NCBI GenBank assembly: GCA_037443605.1
Contig: JBBIOA010000017.1
Coordinates: 20,739-84,738, forward strand
Length of the DNA: 64,000 nucleotides
Source: Terriglobales bacterium
Lineage (GTDB): Bacteria > Acidobacteriota > Terriglobia > Terriglobales > Acidobacteriaceae
Direction: 5' to 3'
Positions 9,481 through 19,001 of the stretch are shown here, one piece after another. The notes under the pieces are model-generated. The model was given only the letters and a program-made list of their open reading frames with translations. It did not search any database and had not been told where the DNA came from. Position numbers and translations under genes: made by a program. Position 1 is the first letter of the stretch, and every line of letters begins with the position of its first letter.

Positions 9481-9500
9481 GCAAGAACCGCAGTTCCTGC
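9481..9500. promoter_or_regulatory. Imperfect 20-bp palindrome containing GAAC-N4-GTTC, candidate operator in a divergent promoter region
   Basis: gcaaGAACcgcaGTTCctgc lies 36 nt upstream of the AhpD-like start, between divergent genes. Confidence 0.3.
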
Positions 9501-9535
9501 GATGATATTTCTATCTTCTTTGTGGGGAGAAACCG

Positions 9536-10063
9536 ATGGCACGTGTCAGTTTGATTGAGATGGATTCGGCTAGCGCGGAAGTGAAAGAAATCTACGAAAA
9601 AACGTTGCGCGGCAAACCGGGCAATGCGCAAAAGGTGCTGGCGCATCGTCCGGAAATGCTAAAGGGCTTTCTTGCCTTCTACGGCACGGTGGGACGGTCT
9701 CTGGATCGCAAGCTCTATGAGCTGATTTACCTGCGCGTCTCGCTGATCAACGGCTGCTTCTACTGTTCGCAGCATCATGTGGCGTCCTCGAAGCGGGCCG
9801 GGCTGACTGCCGAAGATTGGGCGGCGCTGAAGGCTGGCGACTATTCCCGCTACAGCGACAAGGAGAAAGCGGCGCTGGCCTATGTGGAAAAGCTGACGCG
9901 TACGCCCCATGACGCGAGCGACGCGGATTTTGTTTCGCTCAAAGCGCATTTTTCCGAGCCAGAAATCGTTGATCTTCATTTGCTGACGGGACTGGCGAAC
10001 CTAACCAATCGGTTTACCGATCCACTGGGGTTGGAACTGGAATTTCCCGAAGAAAAAATCTAA
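9536..10063 (+). CDS. Carboxymuconolactone decarboxylase/AhpD-family peroxidase-like protein
   Basis: 175 aa with the AhpD-core CxxC-H motif (INGCFYCSQHH) and family-typical C-terminal helices. Confidence 0.75.
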   Translation: MARVSLIEMDSASAEVKEIYEKTLRGKPGNAQKVLAHRPEMLKGFLAFYGTVGRSLDRKLYELIYLRVSLINGCFYCSQHHVASSKRAGLTAEDWAALKAGDYSRYSDKEKAALAYVEKLTRTPHDASDADFVSLKAHFSEPEIVDLHLLTGLANLTNRFTDPLGLELEFPEEKI

Positions 10064-11961
10064 AGGATTTCCCGGGCGTCGCCGACGCGGCGGGTCACGC
10101 GCTCGCGGTCCAGATATTCGAGCAGTGGGATCGCGTATTTGCGGCTGACGCCGGTCATCTCCTTGAATTGCGCGACATCGATTTTCGGGCTTCTTGTTTT
10201 CTGCACGGCCAGCTGCTTGCGCAGAGACTCTAGCGCAGTGCGGTGAAACACGAGCTCGTCGGAAATCTTGACGATCGCGCGTTCGCGCAGCAGCAGGGTG
10301 ACGATCTTCTGGGCGCGCACCTTGTCGACTTTCAGTCCGGCAATGACTTCATGCAGCGCGGGGACTTTCAGTCCGGCGACGGCAAACGCTTCCTCGATCT
10401 TTTTTTTCGATTCGGCCTCTTCGTCCTTCATGACGACGCCGCGGCCCGAGAGACGGACGAGATCGCCGGTGACTTCGATTTTCTTCTCGGTGACGAGCGC
10501 CCGCAGGATGGCCTCGAATACCGCAACGTTGCTGGCGCCGGAGTGGACCTGCAGGTCGGCCTTACTCATCCCAGGCGCGAGCGGATTCTCCCTATGGAAG
10601 CGCTCCAGGATTGGCACGAATTGCCGCGTCAATGCTTCCCATGCTTCGGCAACCAGGAAGACCTCACCGATCCGCACAATTTGGCGCGCCTTGGTCAATT
10701 CCGCCAACTGACTTTCAACCACTTGCCTGAGCCATCCAGTCGCCGCAACGAGATCGGCGAGAGGCGCGCCGTCATGGTGGCAGCGCCCGATCCGATGCCG
10801 GAGAATCGCTGGCCTGTCTTCACTCGCCAGAATCTCCAGCATGTTTTTTTCGGGGCGAGTGCGCGAGATGGGAGCTGCGTCTACGACGACACCGCCACCG
10901 ATCGTCACGACCGGCGAAAACTGGCGGATGATGAAGCGATCCCCGGGAAGGAGGGGCGCCGGTGCGGGAAGCGTTATGCGCGCGAAACCCGCTTCTCCCG
11001 GCCGCAATTGGGACGGTCCGTATAGAGTCATCGCCGCGACTGTCTCCATGGTGTGGCAGTGGAAATGGACTCGCGTGCGCGACTTCAAGGAATGCGGCGC
11101 GGAGGGCAACAGCGTGACGCGCACGTCGCAACGGCGAGTGATTCGAACGGTGTCGAGGGGCGCGAGCATCATGCCGCGCGCCAGCTCTTCTGTGCTCACC
11201 CCCGCCAGGTTCAACGCGGTGCGCTGTCCTGCGATGGCATGGTCGGCGGCGTGTCCGTGGACTTGGATGCCGCGTACCCGAACGCGCTGGCCGCTGGGGA
11301 ATACTTCCAGTTCATCCTCGCGGCGAATTGTGCCGGCGATCAGCGTCCCGGTCACAACCGTGCCGAAGCCCTTCATGGTAAACACGCGGTCAATCGGCAG
11401 GCGAGCGAGCGACTGCGAGTCGCGCGGGCGCAGTTCGGCGGCGGCAGCGATGATGGCCTGTTTGAGTTCGTCGAGTCCTGCGCCCGTCAGCGAACTGACC
11501 GCTACGATGGGTGAGCGCGGAGGCTCGAGGAACGTTCCACGCAGAAAGTCTTCCACCTCGAGGCGAACGACGTCGAGGGTCTCGGCGTCGACGGCGTCGG
11601 ACTTGGTGAGCACGGTGATGCCGCGCTGCACGCCCAGCAGTTGCAGGATGTCGAAGTGCTCACGGGTCTGCGGCTTGATGGACTCGTCGGCGGCGATGAC
11701 CAGCAGGACAAGATCCATGCCGCCCACGCCCGCCAGCATGTTCCGCACGAAGCGCTCGTGTCCAGGGACGTCGACGAAGCCGATACGCAGGGTCTCGCCG
11801 GAAGGCGTCGGCAGGCTCATGTGCGCGAAACCGAGATCAATGGTGATGCCGCGGCGTTTTTCTTCCTCGAGGCGGTCGGCGTCGATGCCGGTCAAAGCCT
11901 TGACCAGCGCGGTTTTCCCGTGATCGATATGGCCGGCGGTGCCGAGGATGAGGGACTTCAT
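10060..11961 (-). CDS. selB: Selenocysteine-specific translation elongation factor SelB
   Basis: Start taken at the internal ATG ([25 protein letters not shown]). EF-Tu-like G domain ([12 protein letters not shown]), beta-barrel domains, and C-terminal winged-helix SECIS-binding tail ([22 protein letters not shown]). The upstream 98 codons of the track ORF look non-coding. Confidence 0.9.
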   Translation of the reverse strand: MKSLILGTAGHIDHGKTALVKALTGIDADRLEEEKRRGITIDLGFAHMSLPTPSGETLRIGFVDVPGHERFVRNMLAGVGGMDLVLLVIAADESIKPQTREHFDILQLLGVQRGITVLTKSDAVDAETLDVVRLEVEDFLRGTFLEPPRSPIVAVSSLTGAGLDELKQAIIAAAAELRPRDSQSLARLPIDRVFTMKGFGTVVTGTLIAGTIRREDELEVFPSGQRVRVRGIQVHGHAADHAIAGQRTALNLAGVSTEELARGMMLAPLDTVRITRRCDVRVTLLPSAPHSLKSRTRVHFHCHTMETVAAMTLYGPSQLRPGEAGFARITLPAPAPLLPGDRFIIRQFSPVVTIGGGVVVDAAPISRTRPEKNMLEILASEDRPAILRHRIGRCHHDGAPLADLVAATGWLRQVVESQLAELTKARQIVRIGEVFLVAEAWEALTRQFVPILERFHRENPLAPGMSKADLQVHSGASNVAVFEAILRALVTEKKIEVTGDLVRLSGRGVVMKDEEAESKKKIEEAFAVAGLKVPALHEVIAGLKVDKVRAQKIVTLLLRERAIVKISDELVFHRTALESLRKQLAVQKTRSPKIDVAQFKEMTGVSRKYAIPLLEYLDRERVTRRVGDAREIL

Positions 11962-12044
11962 CTGAAGGAATCGTAGCACGCGAGTTTCGAGGCGAGTTGC
12001 GGGGCATTGCGGCAGTCCCGGCGGTGGTCGCTTCGCTGTGGGGT

Positions 12045-12058
12045 GGACGAATGCGTCC
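12045..12058. repeat. Small palindromic hairpin GGACGAATGCGTCC (family F)
   Basis: A perfect 5-bp stem with a 4-nt loop in the selB/purL divergent spacer. The same core recurs at 28181-28194. Confidence 0.45.
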
Positions 12059-12127
12059 GCCGCTGCATTCTGGAGGATGGATTTGTTCCCCTGAAGATGC
12101 GCGGAAATGCGAAAATAGAAGCTCCCC

Positions 12128-14515
12128 ATGGCAACTTCCCTGACTTCCGCATTTTCTCCGGAAACCATCCGGCAGCATGGCTTGACCATCGACGAATACG
12201 AGAAGATCAAGCAACTGCTGGGCGGGCGCGAGCCCACCATCACTGAACTCGGCATTTTCAGTGTGATGTGGAGCGAGCACTGCTCCTACAAATCGTCGCG
12301 CGTCCACTTGAAGCGGCTACCTACGCGCAGCAAGCGGGTTCTGCAGGGCCCGGGAGAAAACGCCGGCATTATCGACATCGGCGATGGATGGGCGTGCGCC
12401 TTCAAGATCGAGTCGCACAATCACCCCAGCTTCATCGAGCCGTTTCAAGGCGCCACCACCGGCGTGGGCGGCATTCTGCGCGATATTTTCACCATGGGCG
12501 CGCGGCCGGTCGCGGTGATGGATTCTCTGCGTTTCGGGCCGATTACCGATCATGTTGGGACAGGCGCCTCGGCTGTCTTGCCAGCCGAGCTTCGCTCGGC
12601 CGGACAGCCGGGGGCGGCTGTCCCCACACAAGCAATTCCTGGCAGAACCGAGATTCACAAGAACCACTCGATCATGGAAGGCGTGGTCAGTGGCGTCGCC
12701 TCGTATGGAAATTGCTTCGGCGTGCCCAACCTCGGCGGCGAGACGAAGTTCGAGCCCTGTTATTCGGGCAACCCGCTGGTCAACGCGTTTGCGCTGGGAC
12801 TGGTGAAGAAGAACGAAATCTTCTACGCGAAGGCCGCGGGCGAAGGAAATCCGGTCATCTACGTGGGCGCTAAGACCGGGCGCGACGGCATTCATGGCGC
12901 CACCATGGCCAGCGAGGAGTTCAGCGAAGCTTCGGAAGCAAAGCGGCCCAATGTGCAGGTGGGCGATCCCTTCCTGGAAAAGCTGCTGCTGGAAGCTTGC
13001 CTCGAGGCCATGCAAACCGGCGCGATCGTGGGTATTCAGGACATGGGCGCGGCGGGGCTGACCTGCTCGACTTGCGAGATGGGAGCGCGCGGCAGCGTGG
13101 GCATCGAGATCGAACTGGATCGCGTGCCGCAGCGCGAGACGGGCATGACTCCCTACGAGATCATGCTCAGCGAGTCGCAGGAGCGCATGCTGCTGGTGGC
13201 GCAGAAGGGCCGTGAGCAGGAAGTGTTCCGCGTGTTCGAGAAATGGGGACTGGACGCCGTTGAAGTCGGCAAGGTAACGCCGGACAATCAACTGCGCGTG
13301 CTGGAGCACGGCAAGATCGTGGCGGAGATTCCGAATCCCGCGCTCACCGATGAAGCGCCGCTGTACAAGCGTCCGCTGGCGCGATGGGAACCGCCGGTAG
13401 CGCGCGAAATGCCAGATCACGTCAAAGTCGGAGCTACGCAGAACTTTGCCGCTCCGCTGAAGCAACTTCTCTCCAGCTCGAACGTCTGCAGCAAGCGCTG
13501 GGTGTGGCAGCAATACGACCACATGGTGCAGACCAACACGGTGGAAGCGCCGGGAGCGGGCGATGCCGGCGTGATTCGCGTCAAGGGCTCGCAGCGTGGG
13601 CTGGCGATGGCGCTCGATGGCAATGGACGGTGGTGCTATCTGGATCCGAAACTGGGCGCGGAACATGCCGTGGCTGAGGCCGCGCGCAAGGTTGCTTGCT
13701 CCGGCGCGACTCCGGTGGGCGCGACGAACTGCTTGAATTTCGGTAATCCCGAAAAGCCGCACATCATGTGGCAGTTCTCGCAGACGATTGACGGCATCAC
13801 CAAAGCTTGCGAGGAACTCGAGATTCCCATCACCGGCGGCAACGTCAGTTTCTACAACGAGACACTCGGCGAAGGAATCTATCCGACTCCAGTGCTAGGC
13901 GTGGTCGGAATCCTCGACGACGTGCACAAATCCGTGCACATGCATTTCGCCGCGGCCGGACGCACGATTGTGCTATTGCGCGGCGGGGAAAGCGGCGATA
14001 TCACCGATGCCGAGAGCGAGTTCGGCTCGTCTGACTACGCCAAGGAAATTCTTGGGACCTTCTGGGGATATCCTCCGGAACTGGATCTGGAAAGAGAGGC
14101 GGCGCTGCAAAAGTGCGTGATTGGCCTGATCACGGACAGACTGGTGGAGTCGGCCCACGATTGTTCCGAGGGCGGCCTGGCGGTGGCGCTAGCCGAGAAG
14201 GCTCTACCGAAAGGCGTGGGAGCACGGGTGAACCTGGCTTCCGGCGAGCTTCCCGCTGAATTCGTACTGTTCGGCGAGGACGCCAGCCGCGTGCTGGTAT
14301 CGTGCGACCCGGAGAGCCTGCCGCGAATCAAACAGGCAGCGGAGAAACATGGCATTTCTGCCGAGGTCGTTGGGGAGACGATTCCCGAGATGTTGGAAAT
14401 TTCGGTCGGTGGCAAGACTGTGGTCTCGGCTCTGGTGACGGATTTAAGCGCGGCCTATGAAGGCGCGCTGGAAGCGGCGCTGCGTACGGATCCGGAACTA
14501 GTAGCGGCAGATTGA
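12128..14515 (+). CDS. purL: Phosphoribosylformylglycinamidine synthase subunit PurL
   Basis: 795 aa. Contains [52 protein letters not shown]. It carries an extra repeat-derived segment (see the repeat at 12551-12630). Confidence 0.95.
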   Translation: MATSLTSAFSPETIRQHGLTIDEYEKIKQLLGGREPTITELGIFSVMWSEHCSYKSSRVHLKRLPTRSKRVLQGPGENAGIIDIGDGWACAFKIESHNHPSFIEPFQGATTGVGGILRDIFTMGARPVAVMDSLRFGPITDHVGTGASAVLPAELRSAGQPGAAVPTQAIPGRTEIHKNHSIMEGVVSGVASYGNCFGVPNLGGETKFEPCYSGNPLVNAFALGLVKKNEIFYAKAAGEGNPVIYVGAKTGRDGIHGATMASEEFSEASEAKRPNVQVGDPFLEKLLLEACLEAMQTGAIVGIQDMGAAGLTCSTCEMGARGSVGIEIELDRVPQRETGMTPYEIMLSESQERMLLVAQKGREQEVFRVFEKWGLDAVEVGKVTPDNQLRVLEHGKIVAEIPNPALTDEAPLYKRPLARWEPPVAREMPDHVKVGATQNFAAPLKQLLSSSNVCSKRWVWQQYDHMVQTNTVEAPGAGDAGVIRVKGSQRGLAMALDGNGRWCYLDPKLGAEHAVAEAARKVACSGATPVGATNCLNFGNPEKPHIMWQFSQTIDGITKACEELEIPITGGNVSFYNETLGEGIYPTPVLGVVGILDDVHKSVHMHFAAAGRTIVLLRGGESGDITDAESEFGSSDYAKEILGTFWGYPPELDLEREAALQKCVIGLITDRLVESAHDCSEGGLAVALAEKALPKGVGARVNLASGELPAEFVLFGEDASRVLVSCDPESLPRIKQAAEKHGISAEVVGETIPEMLEISVGGKTVVSALVTDLSAAYEGALEAALRTDPELVAAD
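12551..12630 (+). repeat. Family-A hairpin repeat element inserted in-frame within purL
   Basis: catgttGGGACAGgCGcctCGgCTGTCttgccaGCCGAGCttcGCTCGGCcGGACAGCCGggggCGGCTGTCCccacaca. This is the same module (GGACAGCCG-loop-CGGCTGTCC plus GTCGAGC-loop-GCTCGAC) as the intergenic copies at 48650, 48799 and 53472. Confidence 0.75.
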
Positions 14516-14576
14516 AGTTTTGTGATTCTCGGCAAAGCGGCGAACCGACGTAGTTTGCCAGTGAGGCAAGATGCAT

Positions 14577-14612
14577 AGGTCGTTCGCGGCACGAACCGCC
14601 GCTCAGGATGAC
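14577..14612 (-). repeat. Family-B repeat (GTCATCCTGAGCG-hairpin-GAAgGACCT type)
   Basis: The reverse complement reads gtcatcctgagcggcggttcgtgccgcgaacgacct, in the purL-purF spacer. It matches copies at 45568, 45649 and 50598. Confidence 0.65.
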
Positions 14613-14678
14613 CGTGTGGGTTTTGAACGAGTGGTTCTCGAGTAGTGGGTGCCGGCACCTCGCAGCAAAAAGGGCTCA

Positions 14679-16100
14679 ATGCATAATTCAGACAAATTTC
14701 ATGATGAATGCGGGGTAGTGGCCATCTTCGCGCACCCGGAAGCGGAGAAACTCGCGTACCTCGGCTTGCACGCGTTGCAGCACCGAGGCCAGGAGTCGTC
14801 GGGGATTGTGACTTCCGACGGGCTCACATCGCGGGTCCACAAGGCTATGGGCTCGGTAGCGGACATTTTCACTGAAGACGTGCTGTCGCGCATCCGCGGC
14901 ACGCTGGCGATTGGGCACACTCGCTATTCGACGGCGGGGGACTCCGCTTTGCTGAATGCGCAGCCGATCCTGGTGCAGTCGAACAAAGGCTCGATCGCAG
15001 TGGCGCATAACGGCAACCTGACGAATGCGGTGCAGATCCGATCGCGGCTGGAGAGCCACGGGTCGATCTTCCAGACCAACAGCGATACGGAAGTCATTGT
15101 GCACCTGATCGCGCTCTCCAAAGAACTCACGCTGCCCGAGGCCATGGCGGATGCGCTGCGGCGAGTGGAGGGCGCATATTCGCTGGTCATGATGACCCAC
15201 GACCGGATTTTTGCGGCGCGCGATCCGCGCGGATTTCGCCCGCTGGCGATGGGGCGCATCCCCGCACTCGAGGACCACAAGCACGACACCATCGTGTTTG
15301 CCTCGGAGACCTGCGCGTTCGATCTGGTTGGCGCCGAATACGTGCGCGATGTGAAGCCGGGGGAATTGCTGGTGGTGAGCCCCGAGGGCATCAGTTCTCG
15401 TTTCTACGCGACCTCCGTACCGCAGTCCAGCTGCATTTTCGAGCACGTATATTTCTCGCGGCCCGATAGTCTGGTGTTTGGGCGTTCGGTGCAGACCAGC
15501 CGCGAGGAACTTGGCCGTCAACTGGCGCGCGAGGCCCCGGTCGAAGCCGACTTGGTCGTGCCGGTTCCGGATTCCGGCGTGACTTCGGCGGTGGGATATG
15601 CGGCGGAGAGCGGCATCCCATTCCGCTTCGGACTCATCCGCAATCACTATGTTGGGCGCACGTTCATCGAACCGAGCCAGAGCGTACGCGACTTTGGGGT
15701 AAAGCTGAAGTTGAATCCGGTGCGCTCGCTGCTCGAAGGCAAGCGCGTAGTGATGATCGACGATTCGATCGTGCGTGGCACCACCAGCCGCAAGATCGTC
15801 CGCATGATCCGCAATGCGGGCGCGCGCGAGGTGCACATGCGCATTTCCTGTCCGCCGACGATCTCGCCGTGTTACTACGGCGTGGACACGCCGTCAAAGA
15901 AGCAGCTCATCGCGGCCAACAAGTCGGTCGACGAAATCCGCGAGTATATTGGCGCGGACTCTCTGGCGTATCTCTCCCTGGAGGGATTGAAAAAAGCTTG
16001 CGGCGAAGGTGGGAACCTTTCGTATTGCTCCGCGTGTTATACGGGGAAATATCCGACAGACATCATCGACGTTGAGGAAATTCAGGCGGCGAGCCGGTAA
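14679..16100 (+). CDS. purF: Amidophosphoribosyltransferase PurF
   Basis: Start taken at MHNSDKFHDECGVVAIF (Ntn Cys after a short propeptide). Contains the PRPP loop VVMIDDSIVRGTTS and C-terminal Cys residues for an Fe-S cluster. Confidence 0.95.
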   Translation: MHNSDKFHDECGVVAIFAHPEAEKLAYLGLHALQHRGQESSGIVTSDGLTSRVHKAMGSVADIFTEDVLSRIRGTLAIGHTRYSTAGDSALLNAQPILVQSNKGSIAVAHNGNLTNAVQIRSRLESHGSIFQTNSDTEVIVHLIALSKELTLPEAMADALRRVEGAYSLVMMTHDRIFAARDPRGFRPLAMGRIPALEDHKHDTIVFASETCAFDLVGAEYVRDVKPGELLVVSPEGISSRFYATSVPQSSCIFEHVYFSRPDSLVFGRSVQTSREELGRQLAREAPVEADLVVPVPDSGVTSAVGYAAESGIPFRFGLIRNHYVGRTFIEPSQSVRDFGVKLKLNPVRSLLEGKRVVMIDDSIVRGTTSRKIVRMIRNAGAREVHMRISCPPTISPCYYGVDTPSKKQLIAANKSVDEIREYIGADSLAYLSLEGLKKACGEGGNLSYCSACYTGKYPTDIIDVEEIQAASR

Positions 16101-16120
16101 GGCATTTTCTTCCTGAGATC

Positions 16121-16156
16121 GCACTTCTCGCAGCGTCGGCGAGACCTGGGGCACCC
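16121..16156 (-). repeat. Family-C repeat copy (CACTTCTCGC...GCGAGA..TGGGGCACC type)
   Basis: gcacttctcgcagcgtcggcgagacctggggcaccc resembles the reverse complement of the 61321-61359 hairpin. Confidence 0.45.
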
Positions 16157-16217
16157 CAATCCACGCCAGACTGCAAGGGCCACTCCGTCGCCTTTGGCGT
16201 ACGTTTGACTGCAAAAG

Positions 16218-16251
16218 AAAACAGCCTGCGAGAAATTCTCGCAGGCTGTTT
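16218..16251. terminator. Bidirectional rho-independent terminator between convergent purF and the BNR-like gene
   Basis: aaACAGCCTGCGAGAaatTCTCGCAGGCTGTtt: a perfect 13-bp stem flanked by an A-run (aaaagaaa) and ttt. Confidence 0.75.
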
Positions 16252-16265
16252 CGGTTGGTACGAAC

Positions 16266-17855
16266 TTACCAGTTGATGGCTTGTCCGTAGATCGCTTGGC
16301 TGACGCCATCGCGCGAGTCAGTCCATGCAGCGTACACGCCGTTCGGACCCGACGAAAGCTGAGTGTAGTCTCCGAAGAAACCGCAGCCCGGGAAGCCCAC
16401 GCAGGGATTGAACGCAACGTCGCTGACCGCCTTCTGGGTCGGGAAGGTCATGCCACCATCCGTTGACTTGGCGACCCGGTACTTCACCTTGGTTAGGAAT
16501 GGGTCGTCCTGATCGTCATAGTACCCGACGTAGACAGAACCATTGGCCGTAGTCGCTGCCCAAGGAAAGATGTGGTCCTTGCTGTCGTTGAACGGATCGT
16601 TGTTGACGCGGGCCGTCATGGACGCACCCGTCTGCGTGTTGACGGCTGCGACATAGGCGCTCAGGTTACCCTCAACCGGGCCGGTACCGACCTGGTTCGC
16701 CGAGAAGGCGCAGTACGCGGTGTCTTTGGAGATGCCGCATCCCGGAGCATAAGTGCCGGACAGGCGGAAGCCCCAGTTCGGCGAAGCGATTGCGAATACC
16801 TGGAACGACGCAACCGGAGTGGAACTGACGACCCAACCCGTAGAGGTTAGAGTGGACATGTACATGTTGATGCCCGTACCCGACGAGAAATCGTCGAAGA
16901 AGGCATGCGGCACTCCATGGCTATCGACCACAACCGAGGAGAACTGCTCGGCGGAGAGGCCGACGCTGACGATCTGCGGAGTGGAGAACGGCTGGCCCGC
17001 GCCGGGCGAATGCGATTCGACGATCGCCGAACCGAACGCCGGAATGCTTCCCGATCCGTAGGCACAGGCCGCGGGACCGCAGAAAACTGTGTAGTACACG
17101 TAGATGGTGCCGTTATTCGGGCTGCCGGCAACGCTGTCGACCGTGATGAGCGGCTTGTCCAGCTGGGCCGGGCAATTGAAGGTTCCGGTGAACAGTCCGT
17201 TGCAGGGCTGGGTGTCGATCGTGATCGGTGCCAGATTCGCGTAGGTGCCGTGATTGAAGCCCTGGGCGACCATAACTTCGGTGTCGACGTTCTCGTACCC
17301 GTTATTGAAGTCGAGAATCAGGTTGCCGGTGATGGTGGACAGGAAGCTGTGGCCACGATCATCAAAGGCCACGCCGGGATCGCTCTGGAAGGTCAGCGGA
17401 ATATATCCGGAGTAAGGATCGGAACCGCCAACCATGGCGTCGTCGGTCCAGGTGGCTCCACCGCTGGTGGAAACGTGGAAGTACATCTTGTCGTAGTTCT
17501 CGCGGAAATCGTTCGTCATCACCACGACGGAGCCAGTGACGGGATCGATGCCCGTGCCGATCTCGGCTTTCGGCCAGGGATCCCGGTCGCGATTGATTTT
17601 CACGTTCGTGCCGCTGGGAGGCAAAGCGGCAGCGCCGGCCAGCCGCAGACTATTGGCCATGATCCTGGCAGCCGCGCCTGGAGGCAGGCGAACGCCGTCA
17701 CGGTCGAACGGGGCTTTGTGTTGGGCGGCGAACCAATTGAAGAATGCGTCCACAGTCTTGAATTTTGGAATTTTGGTAGTCGCGTTCTGTGCGCTGGCGA
17801 ATTGCACCGACAAAGCGAGCAGCATGACGAAGCCTGCGCGCAACATATTCTTCAT
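16266..17855 (-). CDS. Secreted BNR/sialidase-superfamily beta-propeller-like protein (function unknown)
   Basis: Signal peptide MKNMLRAGFVMLLALSVQFASAQ. Has BNR-like S-x-D-G-G-x-T-W/F motifs (STSGGATWTD, STDGGMTFP). Confidence 0.5.
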   Translation of the reverse strand: MKNMLRAGFVMLLALSVQFASAQNATTKIPKFKTVDAFFNWFAAQHKAPFDRDGVRLPPGAAARIMANSLRLAGAAALPPSGTNVKINRDRDPWPKAEIGTGIDPVTGSVVVMTNDFRENYDKMYFHVSTSGGATWTDDAMVGGSDPYSGYIPLTFQSDPGVAFDDRGHSFLSTITGNLILDFNNGYENVDTEVMVAQGFNHGTYANLAPITIDTQPCNGLFTGTFNCPAQLDKPLITVDSVAGSPNNGTIYVYYTVFCGPAACAYGSGSIPAFGSAIVESHSPGAGQPFSTPQIVSVGLSAEQFSSVVVDSHGVPHAFFDDFSSGTGINMYMSTLTSTGWVVSSTPVASFQVFAIASPNWGFRLSGTYAPGCGISKDTAYCAFSANQVGTGPVEGNLSAYVAAVNTQTGASMTARVNNDPFNDSKDHIFPWAATTANGSVYVGYYDDQDDPFLTKVKYRVAKSTDGGMTFPTQKAVSDVAFNPCVGFPGCGFFGDYTQLSSGPNGVYAAWTDSRDGVSQAIYGQAINW

Positions 17856-18096
17856 ACAGTTTTTCTCCTTGAGATTGGGGGTTTAAGATTTGGTGCCGAG
17901 AAGCCCACGGACTAGGGGGGCCAGTGTGACCGCGTCTGAATGCCGCTCTGGAGGCTGACCCCAGCTCAACACTCGTTTCCTCCTAGGGTGAGTAGTAGGC
18001 CATTGGTCATCCTCGCGCGTCAAGGCTAATCGAAGATTTATTTTCCAACGCCGAAGGCGAGTTCTGTTTATGTGCAAACTTCTGCAGCATCGGACT

Positions 18097-18954
18097 TCAC
18101 TGAATCGGACTGGCCACAACCACGCGAGGGATTCCTTGCAGATCGGGGAGAATGCGAAAGGTGCGCCAATCGCAAAAAAGTGGAGACATCCGTGGCGCGA
18201 TGGTGCCGCTGATCTCCATCACGAGCCATCCGCTCGGAGCGAGCAGGGAGCGAGCCTGCGGAACCAAACGAGTAATAACCTCGAGGCCAGTCGCCCCCGC
18301 AAAAACCGCGTGACGCGGCTCGAACTTGCGCACTTCAAGCTGCACCTGATCTTCTTCGGAATCGCCAACATACGGAGGATTCGACACAATGATGTCGAAC
18401 CGCGGCGCCAGGCCCGCCAGCAAATCTCCATGATGAAACTGGATTCTCTGGTCCAACTGAAGTCGATTCGCGTTGGCGCGCGCGATTTCGAGAGCTGCCG
18501 GTGAAATGTCCGTAGCGTGAATTTCGGCGTGCGGCAGCTCTTTTGCGAGTGCGAGCGAAATGCAACCCGATCCGGTGCCGACATCCGCGATGCGGAGAGA
18601 CTGTTGCGCTGTTATGTTATGACGGTCAGGTAGAACCTGCAGCACTGCTTCAATCACGTGCTCTGTTTCCGGACGCGGGATCAAGACCGCCGGAGTAACG
18701 ATCAGATCCATGCCCCAGAATTCCTGGTGCCCTGTGATGTATTGCGCCGGCACGCCGCGGCTGCGCTCGGCGAGAGCGGCATCGTATCGCGCTTGCTCGT
18801 CGCCCTGCAGTTCGCGTTCAGGATGCGCGTAGAGATACGCGCGATCGCGGCTCAGCGTAAACATCAGCAACAACTCGGCATTCAGGCGGGGCGAAGGAAC
18901 CTGATTGGCGGTCAGGCGGGCGATGGCTTGCGCGAGAGATTCCTTCAGTTGCAC
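18097..18954 (-). CDS. prmC: Release-factor glutamine N5-methyltransferase PrmC/HemK
   Basis: SAM motif IADVGTGSGCI and catalytic NPPY (IVSNPPYV). GTG start. Same operon direction as prfA. Confidence 0.9.
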   Translation of the reverse strand: MQLKESLAQAIARLTANQVPSPRLNAELLLMFTLSRDRAYLYAHPERELQGDEQARYDAALAERSRGVPAQYITGHQEFWGMDLIVTPAVLIPRPETEHVIEAVLQVLPDRHNITAQQSLRIADVGTGSGCISLALAKELPHAEIHATDISPAALEIARANANRLQLDQRIQFHHGDLLAGLAPRFDIIVSNPPYVGDSEEDQVQLEVRKFEPRHAVFAGATGLEVITRLVPQARSLLAPSGWLVMEISGTIAPRMSPLFCDWRTFRILPDLQGIPRVVVASPIQ

Positions 18955-18981
18955 GAGGATATTTCAACACACCGGGGGAAG

Positions 18982-19000
18982 AGTTCTCAGTTCTCAGTCA
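18982..19000. repeat. Heptamer tandem repeat (GTTCTCA)x2 in the dinB-like/prmC spacer
   Basis: Direct reading: agttctcagttctcagtca, immediately downstream of the DinB-like stop codon. Confidence 0.5.
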
Positions 19001-19001
19001 A

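Noticed and set aside
11962-12127. ZTP/pfl or purine riboswitch upstream of purL
   Set aside because: The spacer has a small GGACGAATGCGTCC hairpin. It lacks the conserved ACUGGCG / CCGCCUGGGCA ZTP elements and a purine-riboswitch three-way junction, so there is no convincing match by eye.
10060-12255. Extended 731-aa selB ORF. Similarly extended N-termini occur for hybA (to 37921), hybO (to 39053), kdsB (from 40795), the kinase-RapZ fusion (to 33252) and the ArsR-family gene (from 56774)
   Set aside because: The upstream extensions overlap neighbouring genes or have non-protein-like composition. Internal starts coincide with conserved N-terminal motifs, Tat or signal peptides, or stop/start coupling.
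17856-18096. c-di-GMP or other riboswitch in the long 5-prime region of the BNR-like gene
   Set aside because: A plausible TTGACG -35 hexamer with a weak TACTAC-like -10 would leave a ~150-nt leader. No conserved riboswitch core (GEMM, cobalamin, TPP, SAM) is recognisable, so I left it unannotated.
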